Origin: a virus
Taxonomy: Duplodnaviria; Caudoviricetes
Virus record (IMG/VR): IMGVR_UViG_3300005512_000069
Location: 1-45,767 of that record
Direction: 5' to 3' (one strand)
Length of the DNA stretch: 45,767 nt
This document shows positions 35,694 through 44,848 of the stretch, piece after piece (position 1 is the first letter of the stretch; each line of letters begins with the position of its first letter). Both the position numbers and the translations under genes were made by a program. The notes under the pieces are model-generated. The model was given only the letters and a program-made list of their open reading frames with translations. It was not told where the DNA came from and searched no databases.

Positions 35694-36518
35694 ATGACGA
35701 TCGCACAGGGCTTCGCGGCAGGATCTGCGGGCTTTGGGTTCGACCCGGTGCGGGCCATCGGTGCCGGCGCCCAGATTGGACTGGACCGCCGAAGGATGGC
35801 CCTGGAGGAACAACTCCAGCCATACCGCATCACGTCGCTCCAGCAGCAGCAGAGGATCGCGGGCGCCCAGCTCGGACTGGACCGCCGAAGGATGGCCCTG
35901 GAGGAACAACTCCAGCCATACCGCGTCACGTCGCTCCAGCAGGAGCAGAAGATCGCCGAGTTCAACCTCAAGCGGGCGGACAAGCGGGCGGAGATCGAGG
36001 ACGCGTTTCTCGAGATGATGCAGCACGAGCTGGACGCTCAGAAGGCGGCCTATCTGGATGCGTTGGATAATGAGCTTCGGCAGGCCAGGCTTGACGACAT
36101 CGTGTTGCCAGACACGGGCGTCTTGAATCGTATCAACCCAGACATGATGCTCACCCCGAGCACCCCGTGGACCGACCTGGATGCACTGTCGGTGTCTGCG
36201 CCTACATTCGACACACCCAGTGGCGAGATGAACTCGCTCAGTGACGAGATTGACTCGCTCAGTGACAGACTGACGGGTGGGCTTCCGCATTCCGATCCGT
36301 TCTATCTCCCCGATTCGATTGGTGAGCTTGAGGAGCGGGTCCGCACGATGCTCTCGGAAGGTGCCGGAAAGGATGACATCCTTCCTCTCTTGCTCAAGAT
36401 GCGAGAGATCCGTGAGCGCGAGTCAATGCAGGTCGAGATGCGCGACCTTATTCGTCAGCGGGAAGAGTTGCGCCCGGAAGGCGCGTTCTCGGACTTGTTT
36501 CCAATCAGAGGTCCGTAA
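35694..36518 (+). CDS. Internal virion/ejection protein with an internal duplication
   Basis: Start MTIAQG; Gly-rich N-terminus then coiled coil. Confidence 0.65.
   Translation: MTIAQGFAAGSAGFGFDPVRAIGAGAQIGLDRRRMALEEQLQPYRITSLQQQQRIAGAQLGLDRRRMALEEQLQPYRVTSLQQEQKIAEFNLKRADKRAEIEDAFLEMMQHELDAQKAAYLDALDNELRQARLDDIVLPDTGVLNRINPDMMLTPSTPWTDLDALSVSAPTFDTPSGEMNSLSDEIDSLSDRLTGGLPHSDPFYLPDSIGELEERVRTMLSEGAGKDDILPLLLKMREIRERESMQVEMRDLIRQREELRPEGAFSDLFPIRGP
35766..35956 (+). repeat. 96-bp in-frame tandem duplication (32 aa)
   Basis: Copies start at 35766 and 35862, with 5 mismatches by manual comparison. Confidence 0.92.
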
Positions 36519-36528
36519 GGCGATATAG

Positions 36529-37617
36529 ATGACCTCCACTGACATCGGCGATCTACTCGAGACGTCACTCCCGGCGCCTCCACCCCGCAAGCGCTCTGGC
36601 TCTTTGGGCCAGTCCGTGGACGGTGTGCTCGGTGTGCTCGAGGGCCTCAAGACGCCGATGGCCCAGGAGTTCGGCCGGTCCATGATCGAGTCGGTCATGC
36701 GCGAGATCGTCCCGGGCTTTTCGATCGACGACATCGAGCGCCGCAAGCTCCGTCAGCAGCAGGCAGAGCTGTTGGAGTTGCGGACGCAGCGCGAGATGAG
36801 GGACATGCAGATCCGCGGGGCGATTGGCGAGCTCGTGGACGCAGGCGAGACCCCCCTTGGGTCGCTTGGTGGCCGGACCCTGAGCGACATGGTCGGCTTC
36901 AAGGTGGATCGCTCCATCGTGTCGAACCCCGAGCATCTGATGGCAGCAGCGAAGGCGGCGCTGGCTGCTACGGGAAACCCCCTGTTCGACATCAAGATGT
37001 CCGACCTGATGTTCACGAACGTCGAGGGCGTCGGCGCAGAGGTACGGGAGGACCCGGCCAAGCAGGCTGCGGAGCGCGAGGCTGTCGATACGTCCCGCAT
37101 CCGCTCGGCCGAGAAGCAGGCTGAGTTTCAGGCAGAAGTCGTGGCTGGTGACGAGACGAACCCGCTGGTGGCTGCGCTCCAAGCCCAGACCGCAGCAGCG
37201 GAAAGTGCGACTGACTTGGATCTGGAGCCGGCGGGCGCTTTGGGCAACGACGACTTCGACACCACGGCCGGGGCTCGCCAGGTGGCCGGCATCATCGCGC
37301 GGTCGGCGAGTGCATCGGGCCTCGGCCCGAACAGCATGATCACCGCGCTCACGTCTACCAAGCACGGCAAGCGTATCGCCGACGCTCTGAACCGCGCCCC
37401 GAAGAACGACGCCGGTCTACTGACCCGCTTTGAGAAGGGCGGTCTGAACGGGCTCGAGGCCGGAGCCGTCGACACCTACCTCGTGCTGCTCAACGAGATC
37501 AGCAAGGAGACCGGCATGCGCCTCGACCACCTCATGGCCAGCATGGGTGTGAACTTCGTGGGCATCGACGCTGCCTCGCTGCAGGAGGCGCAGCAGAGCG
37601 TCCTGGGTGGTGGGTAA
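36529..37617 (+). CDS. Internal virion protein
   Basis: 362 aa, helical; position in the operon. Confidence 0.65.
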   Translation: MTSTDIGDLLETSLPAPPPRKRSGSLGQSVDGVLGVLEGLKTPMAQEFGRSMIESVMREIVPGFSIDDIERRKLRQQQAELLELRTQREMRDMQIRGAIGELVDAGETPLGSLGGRTLSDMVGFKVDRSIVSNPEHLMAAAKAALAATGNPLFDIKMSDLMFTNVEGVGAEVREDPAKQAAEREAVDTSRIRSAEKQAEFQAEVVAGDETNPLVAALQAQTAAAESATDLDLEPAGALGNDDFDTTAGARQVAGIIARSASASGLGPNSMITALTSTKHGKRIADALNRAPKNDAGLLTRFEKGGLNGLEAGAVDTYLVLLNEISKETGMRLDHLMASMGVNFVGIDAASLQEAQQSVLGGG

Positions 37618-37620
37618 CCC

Positions 37621-40600
37621 GTGGTCACCCAAGCGTCCGAGTTCATAGCGCGCATCGGAGACTCGCTTCTCGCCGATCAGGCGGGACGTGCGCCAACCAG
37701 GCTCGGGTCGCTGCTGGGGGCTGTCGAGGCGGCGGGTCAGCCCGCGCTGACGGATGTTCGACTGCAGGGCCTGCGCGGGAACGGCGACAACCTCAACTAC
37801 CACATGCTCGTGCCGGGCGACGTGCAGAAGACCCCTGAGTTGTTCTGGGGGCCGTTCATGCAACTCGGCACCTACATGGGGATCGAGAACCCAGCGCTTC
37901 GGTTCCTCGTGGACGCGGTTGCTGACCCGACGAACCTGCTGACGTTCGGCACGGGCACGCTGCTCAACATGACCGGCAAGGTCGGCAAGGTCGTAGCGGC
38001 CGGCGCGAAGACTCGTGGCATCACGGGCAACGCAGCCATCCGTGCCGCCGACTCCATCGAAGACGTGGTCAAGGTGCTTGGCCAGGTCGGGCTCGGTGGC
38101 GAACACCTCTCCAAGCTCCGCGCTGCTGCGTCCAAGGGTGTGTTCTCGGGCGAGTTCAAGTCGCTCATCGACAAGGGCATCCAGGCGGCCAAGACCGGTG
38201 AGGGTGTGGTGCCCGAGGTCACGGAGCTGCTGACCACGCTGCGCAGCAACAAGAAAGCGTTCGCCAAGCTCATCGAGTTGGGTGAGGACACGGGGCGTCT
38301 CGTGCTTCCCCTGCAGCAAGGCAAGTCAGCACTGGGGACCATGGGTCGCCGAATGGCCGCGGGCCAGGTCAACCCGCTGCTGCGTGTCGAGAAGCCGTTC
38401 GCTGGGCTGCGTTCCATGTTCGGTACGGAGTACGGCAACCTCGTGCTGTGGGAAGCGGTTCCGAAGTCGCGCATCCTCCCCGACGGATCGCTCGCCCTTG
38501 GCGACGAGGTCATCGATCCGGCTCTGCAGGCCATGCGGACGGACACGTTTCAGGTGCATCCGGTCAGCGACGACGTGGCTGCGGCCCAGGCTAACGCTGT
38601 CGAGCGCTCGACGCTTGCGATGCAGGCGTTCCTCGGTGCGGTCCCCCCGCGGCTCTCCGCCAGGATGGCCGGCTTCCCGATGTCCGACGATGCAGTGGTC
38701 CGCCTGACGCTCGAGCAGACGGGCGAGACCATCAAGGGCAAGAAGGCCATCGAGGCCGCGCGCGAGGGGCTGCTCCGCCAAGCCGCCGCGGACGCCCAGG
38801 GCAACCTCCAGGAAGCGGCAGGTGAGAGCGCCAAGCGCCTGGACGCTCTGTTGAAGCGTGGCCGCGAGCTCGCCGACGACCATGTTCAGCGGCAGGGCCT
38901 GAACGACGAGATCGCCGCCGAGCTCCAGCAGCAGACCGAGCAGACGATCCGCCAAGCGTGGGACGACGCCGACTGGAAGCAGATCGAGACGGACCCGTCT
39001 GGTCCTGCCGAGGCGCTGCTCAGCAGGAACGGCATCCAGGCGAACAACGCGGAGAACTTCGAGTACGCGGTCGACGAGATCCTCCACACCACGATCCACC
39101 ATAAGTCGGGGACCAAGCGCGCCCTGGCTCGCGAGGCGTACCAAGAGGCCCTGGCGTCGGCGGTCGAGCACCCCGAGGCATTCGAGCTTGGCGCCGACGG
39201 GACGCTCCGGCTGATCAAGGGCGCGGAGCTCGACGCGGATCTGACCGCGCGCATCGCGCATTGGGAGCAGAAGGACATCCCGCTCCGAGAGATGCTCGAG
39301 GAGGGTGGTCTATCCGGACCTCTGACGACCGTCGTGCAGACCGCCGTCGAGACCAACGCGGCTGCCCTGCAGAGCCTCAAGTCCGCTGACCTAATCGGCC
39401 AAGAGGTCGACAACTATCTGCACCGGAGCATCCGCGTCCGCAACAGTGGGCCGATCCGGAACCAGCAGGAGCTCGAGGACTTCCTCAAGAACAACAACAT
39501 CGCGTCGGATGTGCGCCGGCAGGTGGAGCGCAGCCCCAAGCTCAAGAACAACCAGGAAAAGATCCAAGAGGCTCGCCGGCTCACGGAGAAGCAGCTTCTC
39601 GCCATGGAGGCGCGGGGTCTGATCGACATCGAGCGTCGGTTCACGAAGCGCTTCCTCCGTGGGCTGCAGCAGACCAACTCGGCCCTGACGTTCAGCCAGA
39701 TGATGCGGGAGACCGCGGTCGGTAGCCCATGGCTCGCGATCGGGAAGCTCGAGCAGTACAACAACCGCTTCTTCTTCGGGAAGAACAGGCTCCCGACGCG
39801 CGACGCCTACAAGAAGGCAGGCGGCGCACCGTTGATGATGGTCGACGACCCGCTGCTCGACCACCCCTGGACGCGCCTCGGTTTGTCGAAGAGCGCGTTC
39901 GAGGCCGACTATGTGAACATCGGCCAGGACGTGGGGGAAGGCGTGCTACGTCTGCTGCCCGGCCAGGAGGTCGAGCGTCTGCTCGCCAAGCGCGCACTCG
40001 CGAGTGAGCAGGCGACCGTCGTGGCCAAGGGCATCAAGGCCAAGACGACTGTCTCCGCCAAGACCTACAAGCGGCTCAGGTCCGAAGCCTCCAGCGACAT
40101 CCGCGACCAGGCCACGGAGCTTGGCCTGTCGTTCACAGACGGCCAGTGGTCGAAGTTCCTGAGCAGCGGGTCAGTGCCCGACGACGTGCTCCGTGCGGCT
40201 GACGTTCCGGCCCGCGAGGCGCGCAAGCTCCGCAAAGACTACCAGACGTTGGTCCGCAAGAAGCGCGACGACTTCATCGCCGGGCTCAAGAAGGCCGCTG
40301 ACCCGAAGCCGGGTCGAGCTAGCCTCTGGGTGCTCCGCGGCAGCGAGGGTCCGTTTCGCGAGGTGTTCGGCGCGTTCAGCAAGGACCAGGTCAACTGGCT
40401 CAAGCGGCCCATCGTGCGCACGTTCTACCGGTGGAACGGTGCCATGAAGGGGCTGGTGCTGAACAACAGCTTTTTCCACGGCAACGTGCTGGGGGCGGCT
40501 CAGCATCTTCTCACCCCGAAGCGGGCCGTGTCGGACCTCATGCGGATCTACACCGAGCCGGCGGCCCGGGAGTTCCGAAACCAGTTGTTGGCCCAACAGG

Positions 40601-42027
40601 GTACTGGCGCTGCCGCAGGCGCGGTCGGCGGCTACGCCATGGGTGACGAGGAGGAGCAGGCGCTCTGGGGCGGTCTGGCTGGGCTCGTGTTCGCCACGGC
40701 GATCGGGGCTGCTCGAGCGGGCGCCAAGTCCGCACGGCGCTACGCCCTCGACCCGAGCAAGGCCCCCATGCTGGCTCGTATGGGACGTGCTGGCTGGACG
40801 GGGCGACCGGATGGTCGCGCCATCGGCGTGATGGCCGAGGGCATGCAGAAGATGTCCGACTGGCTGACCCGGAAGCACGGCAAGCGGACGCTGTCGAGCG
40901 CGACGCTGGATGGCGCCTGGCACGCTCAGACGGCCTACGAACACGAGCTCTGGGGCATCATGCACAACGGCTCCAAGACCGTTGCGTTCGAGCGCCTGGC
41001 CGAGCAGTTGGACGACGCGTTGCTCAAGAAGGGCCTCAAGCCCGGCAGCGACGCCTGGAAGCGGGCTCAGCTCGAGGGCGACCGCGAGATCGTCCAGGTC
41101 ATCAACAGTGCCCTCGGTGGCCATATGGCCAGCCGCCTGTGGTCCGACCCGACGTTCCACCAGCATGCCTCGGGGCTGCTCCTCTCCCCAGACTGGACGG
41201 TGGGCAACCTGGTCGGCGCCGGCAACCTCCTACTGGGCGCCACGGCACGCCAGAACGCGGCCATGGGCGCTGCCATTGGCCTCACGGCCGAGATGGCTGA
41301 CTCTGGCTGGAACATCGAGGAGGTGGGCCTGGGCGGCGTCCTGGGGGGCGCTGGCGTGGCCTTGGGGCTGGGGCGTCTGAGTCGGTCGGTCATGGGGCGG
41401 ATGATGACGCCCGGGGATGTGGCCGCAGCGACGAGCCGGCGCCTGTACCGGAACGCCCTACTCGGCGGTCTGGTAATGACGAACCTGCTGAACCACGCGT
41501 TCGTGGGGCGCTGGATGCACGAGAACCCCGAGGGCAAGCGGCTGTCCGTGGCCCTGCCCGGGGACGAGTTCTACGCCACGATCGGCAAACCCTACAAAGA
41601 GGCGCTCGAGTTCGCGTCGGCCATCGACCAGGAGAAGTACGAGACCTGGATCCTGGGCCGGCTCCGCTCCAAGGTGGCGCCGCTGCCGGGCCTGTTCGTC
41701 GAGGTCGTCGGGAACAACAGCGGCTTCGGCCGGACGATCGCGCACACAGACAGCCCTTTGCGGAACACGGCCCTGACCGCGTCCCACATTCTGGGTTCGG
41801 TGACACCGATCGCCCTGACGGGCCCGAAGCGTGTCGCTGAGTCCATGCTCCGTGGCCAAGAGCCGCGGCCCGCTCAGGCGATCGGAGCCGGTCTGCTTGG
41901 TACCCTGGGTGTGGCCTCAATCAGCCGGGAGCGGGCCGATCCGATCGCCGAGGGCCTGGCCACGTCGATGGGCCAGCCACCGCTGCTGAGCGAGTTCGAC
42001 TTCATTGGCGACACGATCGGATTTTGA
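37621..42027 (+). CDS. Large internal virion (DNA ejection) protein
   Basis: 1468 aa, helical, with Gly-rich hydrophobic hairpins; last gene of the podovirus-type core cluster. Confidence 0.75.
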   Translation: MVTQASEFIARIGDSLLADQAGRAPTRLGSLLGAVEAAGQPALTDVRLQGLRGNGDNLNYHMLVPGDVQKTPELFWGPFMQLGTYMGIENPALRFLVDAVADPTNLLTFGTGTLLNMTGKVGKVVAAGAKTRGITGNAAIRAADSIEDVVKVLGQVGLGGEHLSKLRAAASKGVFSGEFKSLIDKGIQAAKTGEGVVPEVTELLTTLRSNKKAFAKLIELGEDTGRLVLPLQQGKSALGTMGRRMAAGQVNPLLRVEKPFAGLRSMFGTEYGNLVLWEAVPKSRILPDGSLALGDEVIDPALQAMRTDTFQVHPVSDDVAAAQANAVERSTLAMQAFLGAVPPRLSARMAGFPMSDDAVVRLTLEQTGETIKGKKAIEAAREGLLRQAAADAQGNLQEAAGESAKRLDALLKRGRELADDHVQRQGLNDEIAAELQQQTEQTIRQAWDDADWKQIETDPSGPAEALLSRNGIQANNAENFEYAVDEILHTTIHHKSGTKRALAREAYQEALASAVEHPEAFELGADGTLRLIKGAELDADLTARIAHWEQKDIPLREMLEEGGLSGPLTTVVQTAVETNAAALQSLKSADLIGQEVDNYLHRSIRVRNSGPIRNQQELEDFLKNNNIASDVRRQVERSPKLKNNQEKIQEARRLTEKQLLAMEARGLIDIERRFTKRFLRGLQQTNSALTFSQMMRETAVGSPWLAIGKLEQYNNRFFFGKNRLPTRDAYKKAGGAPLMMVDDPLLDHPWTRLGLSKSAFEADYVNIGQDVGEGVLRLLPGQEVERLLAKRALASEQATVVAKGIKAKTTVSAKTYKRLRSEASSDIRDQATELGLSFTDGQWSKFLSSGSVPDDVLRAADVPAREARKLRKDYQTLVRKKRDDFIAGLKKAADPKPGRASLWVLRGSEGPFREVFGAFSKDQVNWLKRPIVRTFYRWNGAMKGLVLNNSFFHGNVLGAAQHLLTPKRAVSDLMRIYTEPAAREFRNQLLAQQGTGAAAGAVGGYAMGDEEEQALWGGLAGLVFATAIGAARAGAKSARRYALDPSKAPMLARMGRAGWTGRPDGRAIGVMAEGMQKMSDWLTRKHGKRTLSSATLDGAWHAQTAYEHELWGIMHNGSKTVAFERLAEQLDDALLKKGLKPGSDAWKRAQLEGDREIVQVINSALGGHMASRLWSDPTFHQHASGLLLSPDWTVGNLVGAGNLLLGATARQNAAMGAAIGLTAEMADSGWNIEEVGLGGVLGGAGVALGLGRLSRSVMGRMMTPGDVAAATSRRLYRNALLGGLVMTNLLNHAFVGRWMHENPEGKRLSVALPGDEFYATIGKPYKEALEFASAIDQEKYETWILGRLRSKVAPLPGLFVEVVGNNSGFGRTIAHTDSPLRNTALTASHILGSVTPIALTGPKRVAESMLRGQEPRPAQAIGAGLLGTLGVASISRERADPIAEGLATSMGQPPLLSEFDFIGDTIGF

Positions 42028-42029
42028 CC

Positions 42030-42047
42030 ATGTTTCACGTGAAACAT
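42030..42047. promoter_or_regulatory. parS: parS centromere-like site (ATGTTTCACGTGAAACAT)
   Basis: Perfect match to the chromosomal parS consensus TGTTTCACGTGAAACA at 42031-42046; intergenic. Confidence 0.85.
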
Positions 42048-42061
42048 CAGGGGCTGTGGGT

Positions 42062-42394
42062 ATGAGCGAGCGGGACGAGAAGCCGCCTGGGTTCGTCATC
42101 ACGAAGAACACGGGCATGTCCATCGGCCTCGTGGTCGCGATGATGACGCCGCTGATCTGGGCGATCGTGGCAAAGCTCGACATGGATCACGCTCTTGAGT
42201 TGGGCCGGCTGTCCGATGACGCCCAGAAGGCGGCGCTTCACGAGCTCAAGGTCGAGATGCGAGACGGATTCAAGAACATCGAAAAAAGGACCGCAGACCG
42301 ACTCACCCGCACGACGTTCAATAACTGGCTTGAACTGACGAGGACGGCCAACGCCAACGGTGGGTCGATCTCGTTCCCGGATCTCCCAGACTAA
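42062..42394 (+). CDS. Membrane protein, holin-like
   Basis: One TM segment (IGLVVAMMTPLIWAIV) then coiled coil; lysis-cassette position. Confidence 0.55.
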   Translation: MSERDEKPPGFVITKNTGMSIGLVVAMMTPLIWAIVAKLDMDHALELGRLSDDAQKAALHELKVEMRDGFKNIEKRTADRLTRTTFNNWLELTRTANANGGSISFPDLPD

Positions 42395-42401
42395 TGGCCA
42401 C

Positions 42402-42749
42402 GTGCGTTGGGGGTTGATATCCGCCGTCGCACTTGTCATTGCTTTGTGGATCTGGGCCTGGATACAGACTGAGCAGTCCGAGGCGTTGGCGAAGGAGCTG
42501 ACGCGTCGAGTTGGACAACCGCCAATCGTGGCACTGGAGGATGATGTGGCTTCAACCGTGATCCCCGCATGGGGCTACAAGGAAGACGGCATCTGCAAGA
42601 TCATTGGCCCGACTACGGTCACGCAGATGGAGGGCGAAACGGTCCAGGCGTGGGCCGCTCGCGTGCGCGAGACACGGCAGGCGCTTGAGGCTGAGTTCCC
42701 GCCCGACCCGTCGTGCCCGAGCGAGCCGCCGGAACCCCAAGACCCGTGA
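42402..42749 (+). CDS. Membrane-anchored protein (spanin-like?)
   Basis: N-terminal TM segment, two Cys, Pro-rich C-terminus. Confidence 0.5.
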   Translation: MRWGLISAVALVIALWIWAWIQTEQSEALAKELTRRVGQPPIVALEDDVASTVIPAWGYKEDGICKIIGPTTVTQMEGETVQAWAARVRETRQALEAEFPPDPSCPSEPPEPQDP

Positions 42750-43885
42750 GCATCCCCCGCGACGCCTCCTACCCTCCCGCGCAGTACCCCACCACCATCG
42801 TCGCCGGCCTGGTCGCCACGGACGCCGAGACAGGCGTCATACTCCATCAGAGCGGAGACATCCTGCGCTGGGCGATCGAGAACCGCGAGGGACCCATCGT
42901 CGTCGAGGACGGGACCTACCGTGTCGGCAAGGTCGACCAGGCCAAGGGCGGTTTGGTCACGGCCCGCAACAAGCACGGAGCGGTGATCCAGGCCAGCAAC
43001 CAGGACACGATCTCTTTCCCCGTGCATGGGGCGATCCAACCGCTGACGCTGCGTGGCTTCCGGATCGAGGTGTCGCCTCGAGCGGGGATCATCAACAGCA
43101 ACAAGGACCACGCTCCGCTCGACCTGAACATCGAGCACTGCCTGTTCGATGGCGGCTACGACCACTCAGCGCGGTCGGGGCTTGAGTCGAAGTGGGGCAT
43201 GCAGGTCTACCGGTGGAGGGGGTACGCCGCGTACTGCGTGTTCGAGAACATCAAGCGCGAGCACGGGATCTACGATCACTCTTCGGTGCCGGACGAGAAT
43301 GGCTGGCACGTCATCCTCGAGTGCGAGTTCCGACGCTGCGGGCGTACGGGCTACCAACATGTGGGCCGTGAGCGGGAGTCGGGCCACAGCGATGCCGTCC
43401 TCAAGGTCACGGACTGCGTCTTCGAGGACTGCGGCCTCCGCGACGGTGGCTCGCACCTGACCATCCAGGGCGTCAAGGCGGCCATCATCAAGGGCTGCGA
43501 GAGCTACATCGGCCGAGACGAAGAGTTCGCTGCAGCCTGGCTCGAGGCCAACCCGGGCGAGAAGGTGTTCGGTCGGGGGCACTTCGTGAACTGGCCGGAG
43601 TACCACGACAACGACGACGACCCAGACACACCGAACACGCCCAGCAACGCACCCAGCGACCTCATCGCGTTCCAGGACTGGAAGGCGTGGACCAGGCCCG
43701 GGAACTACGGCCGCGCTCCAGCCATGGAGATCAAGAACACCACGGCGCTGAACCTGAGTGGCCGGTTCTTGGTTGCCGAGCCGTGGAGCGGGGTGAGCGT
43801 GACGCTGTCGCCGGAGGCGGCCAAGGGGCTCGAGCTGGGCGACGAGCTCGACATGCGGGTGATGGGCAGCGTGGAGCCTGCGTGA
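42746..43885 (+). CDS. Right-handed parallel beta-helix (pectin-lyase fold) protein
   Basis: GTGA overlap; VEDGTY, LRGFRI, IEHCLFDG, CVFENI..EHGIY, CEFRRCG, DCVFED repeats. Confidence 0.75.
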   Translation: MSIPRDASYPPAQYPTTIVAGLVATDAETGVILHQSGDILRWAIENREGPIVVEDGTYRVGKVDQAKGGLVTARNKHGAVIQASNQDTISFPVHGAIQPLTLRGFRIEVSPRAGIINSNKDHAPLDLNIEHCLFDGGYDHSARSGLESKWGMQVYRWRGYAAYCVFENIKREHGIYDHSSVPDENGWHVILECEFRRCGRTGYQHVGRERESGHSDAVLKVTDCVFEDCGLRDGGSHLTIQGVKAAIIKGCESYIGRDEEFAAAWLEANPGEKVFGRGHFVNWPEYHDNDDDPDTPNTPSNAPSDLIAFQDWKAWTRPGNYGRAPAMEIKNTTALNLSGRFLVAEPWSGVSVTLSPEAAKGLELGDELDMRVMGSVEPA

Positions 43886-43922
43886 CAGGGGCCTACCCGC
43901 GGTGTAGGGTGGGGCGGGGACT

Positions 43923-44063
43923 CTACCACCAGCCGAGCAGCGTGCCGGTTCCGTCCACCAGCATCGCCAGGGCGAATCCAGTAGCCATCACGGCGTGAAC
44001 CCAGCACGACGGCCGGCAAGGCCACGGCCCGCCGTCGCGATAGCAGACAGGGCAATCGCGCAT
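43923..44063 (-). CDS. Small Cys-containing membrane protein
   Basis: MRDCPVC...hydrophobic tail; TGATG overlap. Confidence 0.5.
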   Translation of the reverse strand: MRDCPVCYRDGGPWPCRPSCWVHAVMATGFALAMLVDGTGTLLGWW

Positions 44064-44332
44064 CACCCACCCTCCGGCAGCGGCGGCACGTTGATCGGCA
44101 CGGGGTGCCAGATGCCGTCGCGCACCAGATGGCCTCTCTTGAGCGACCAAGGCCCGCGCGAGTCCACCCGATGTACGTCCGACCACTGCTGGCCCACGCG
44201 CTCGCTCCACCAGTAATCCCCAGGCTCCGTGGGCGGCGTGGAGGTCCAGGTAGCCTCTGGTGGTAGCCGCGCGTCGCCGTCGAGGATGGTCCGGATGGCT
44301 CGGTCCAGCTCGGAGTTCGCTTCGTCGTTCAT
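44063..44332 (-). CDS. Hypothetical protein (PTEPGxYW family)
   Basis: WTSTPPTEPGDYWW motif. Confidence 0.65.
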   Translation of the reverse strand: MNDEANSELDRAIRTILDGDARLPPEATWTSTPPTEPGDYWWSERVGQQWSDVHRVDSRGPWSLKRGHLVRDGIWHPVPINVPPLPEGG

Positions 44333-44373
44333 GTCGTCGTCTCGCGCCGGCCGCACTGAGTGCATGTGGTCAT
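44329..44373 (-). CDS. 14-aa minigene MTTCTQCGRRETTT
   Basis: ATGA overlaps at both ends. Not in the ORF track. Confidence 0.45.
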   Translation of the reverse strand: MTTCTQCGRRETTT

Positions 44374-44522
44374 GGCATCAGGATCCAGTAAGCGTGCCCG
44401 CGCCTGAGCGCGTCAAGGTCGTAGTCGTCGAGGAGCTGCGCTTGCGTCACGCAGTAGTTCGTGGCGAAGCGGCCCCAGCCCCAGGCGATTGAGCCGCCAG
44501 CCTCTCTCCATGCATGTCTCAC
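44370..44522 (-). CDS. Hypothetical protein
   Basis: GTGA overlap, GGAGG SD. Confidence 0.55.
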   Translation of the reverse strand: MRHAWREAGGSIAWGWGRFATNYCVTQAQLLDDYDLDALRRGHAYWILMP

Positions 44523-44848
44523 GTCGTCTCCTCCCTCTTGCGTGCCAGCACGGCCTCGGCGAGCGCGCGCGGCCAGGTGGCGGCCTCGGTGTGGTACGCG
44601 GGCTCGCACGCTTCAAGCCATGCAGCGTAGTGCTCGTCGTGTTCAGCGAACGGCCCGACTGCCCAGCGCCGCCCATCCGCCCGCTCGTGCTCGAGTAGCT
44701 CGGTGGCGAGGACAGGGTCGACGGCGTAGAGCGAATGCCCGTCAGCCGTAAGCATGCGAGCTACAGCAGGCTCCATCCCCGGGACCAGATAGACCGCGAC
44801 GGCGGCGGACAGCTTGGCGTCGGTGAGTGCTTGGATGTCAGTGGTCAC
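44519..44848 (-). CDS. Hypothetical protein, phage ABA-sandwich-like
   Basis: Start MTTDIQ after GGAG; ends ATWPRALAEAVL. Confidence 0.65.
   Translation of the reverse strand: MTTDIQALTDAKLSAAVAVYLVPGMEPAVARMLTADGHSLYAVDPVLATELLEHERADGRRWAVGPFAEHDEHYAAWLEACEPAYHTEAATWPRALAEAVLARKREETT

Noticed and set aside
35766-35956. Repeat pair as a diversity-generating retroelement TR/VR
   Set aside because: The copies are tandem and in frame, the mismatches are not adenine-specific, and there is no reverse transcriptase.
43886-43922. Bidirectional terminator at the convergence of the late and accessory operons
   Set aside because: Only a short CCTAC/GTAGG hairpin without U-tracts, which is insufficient support.
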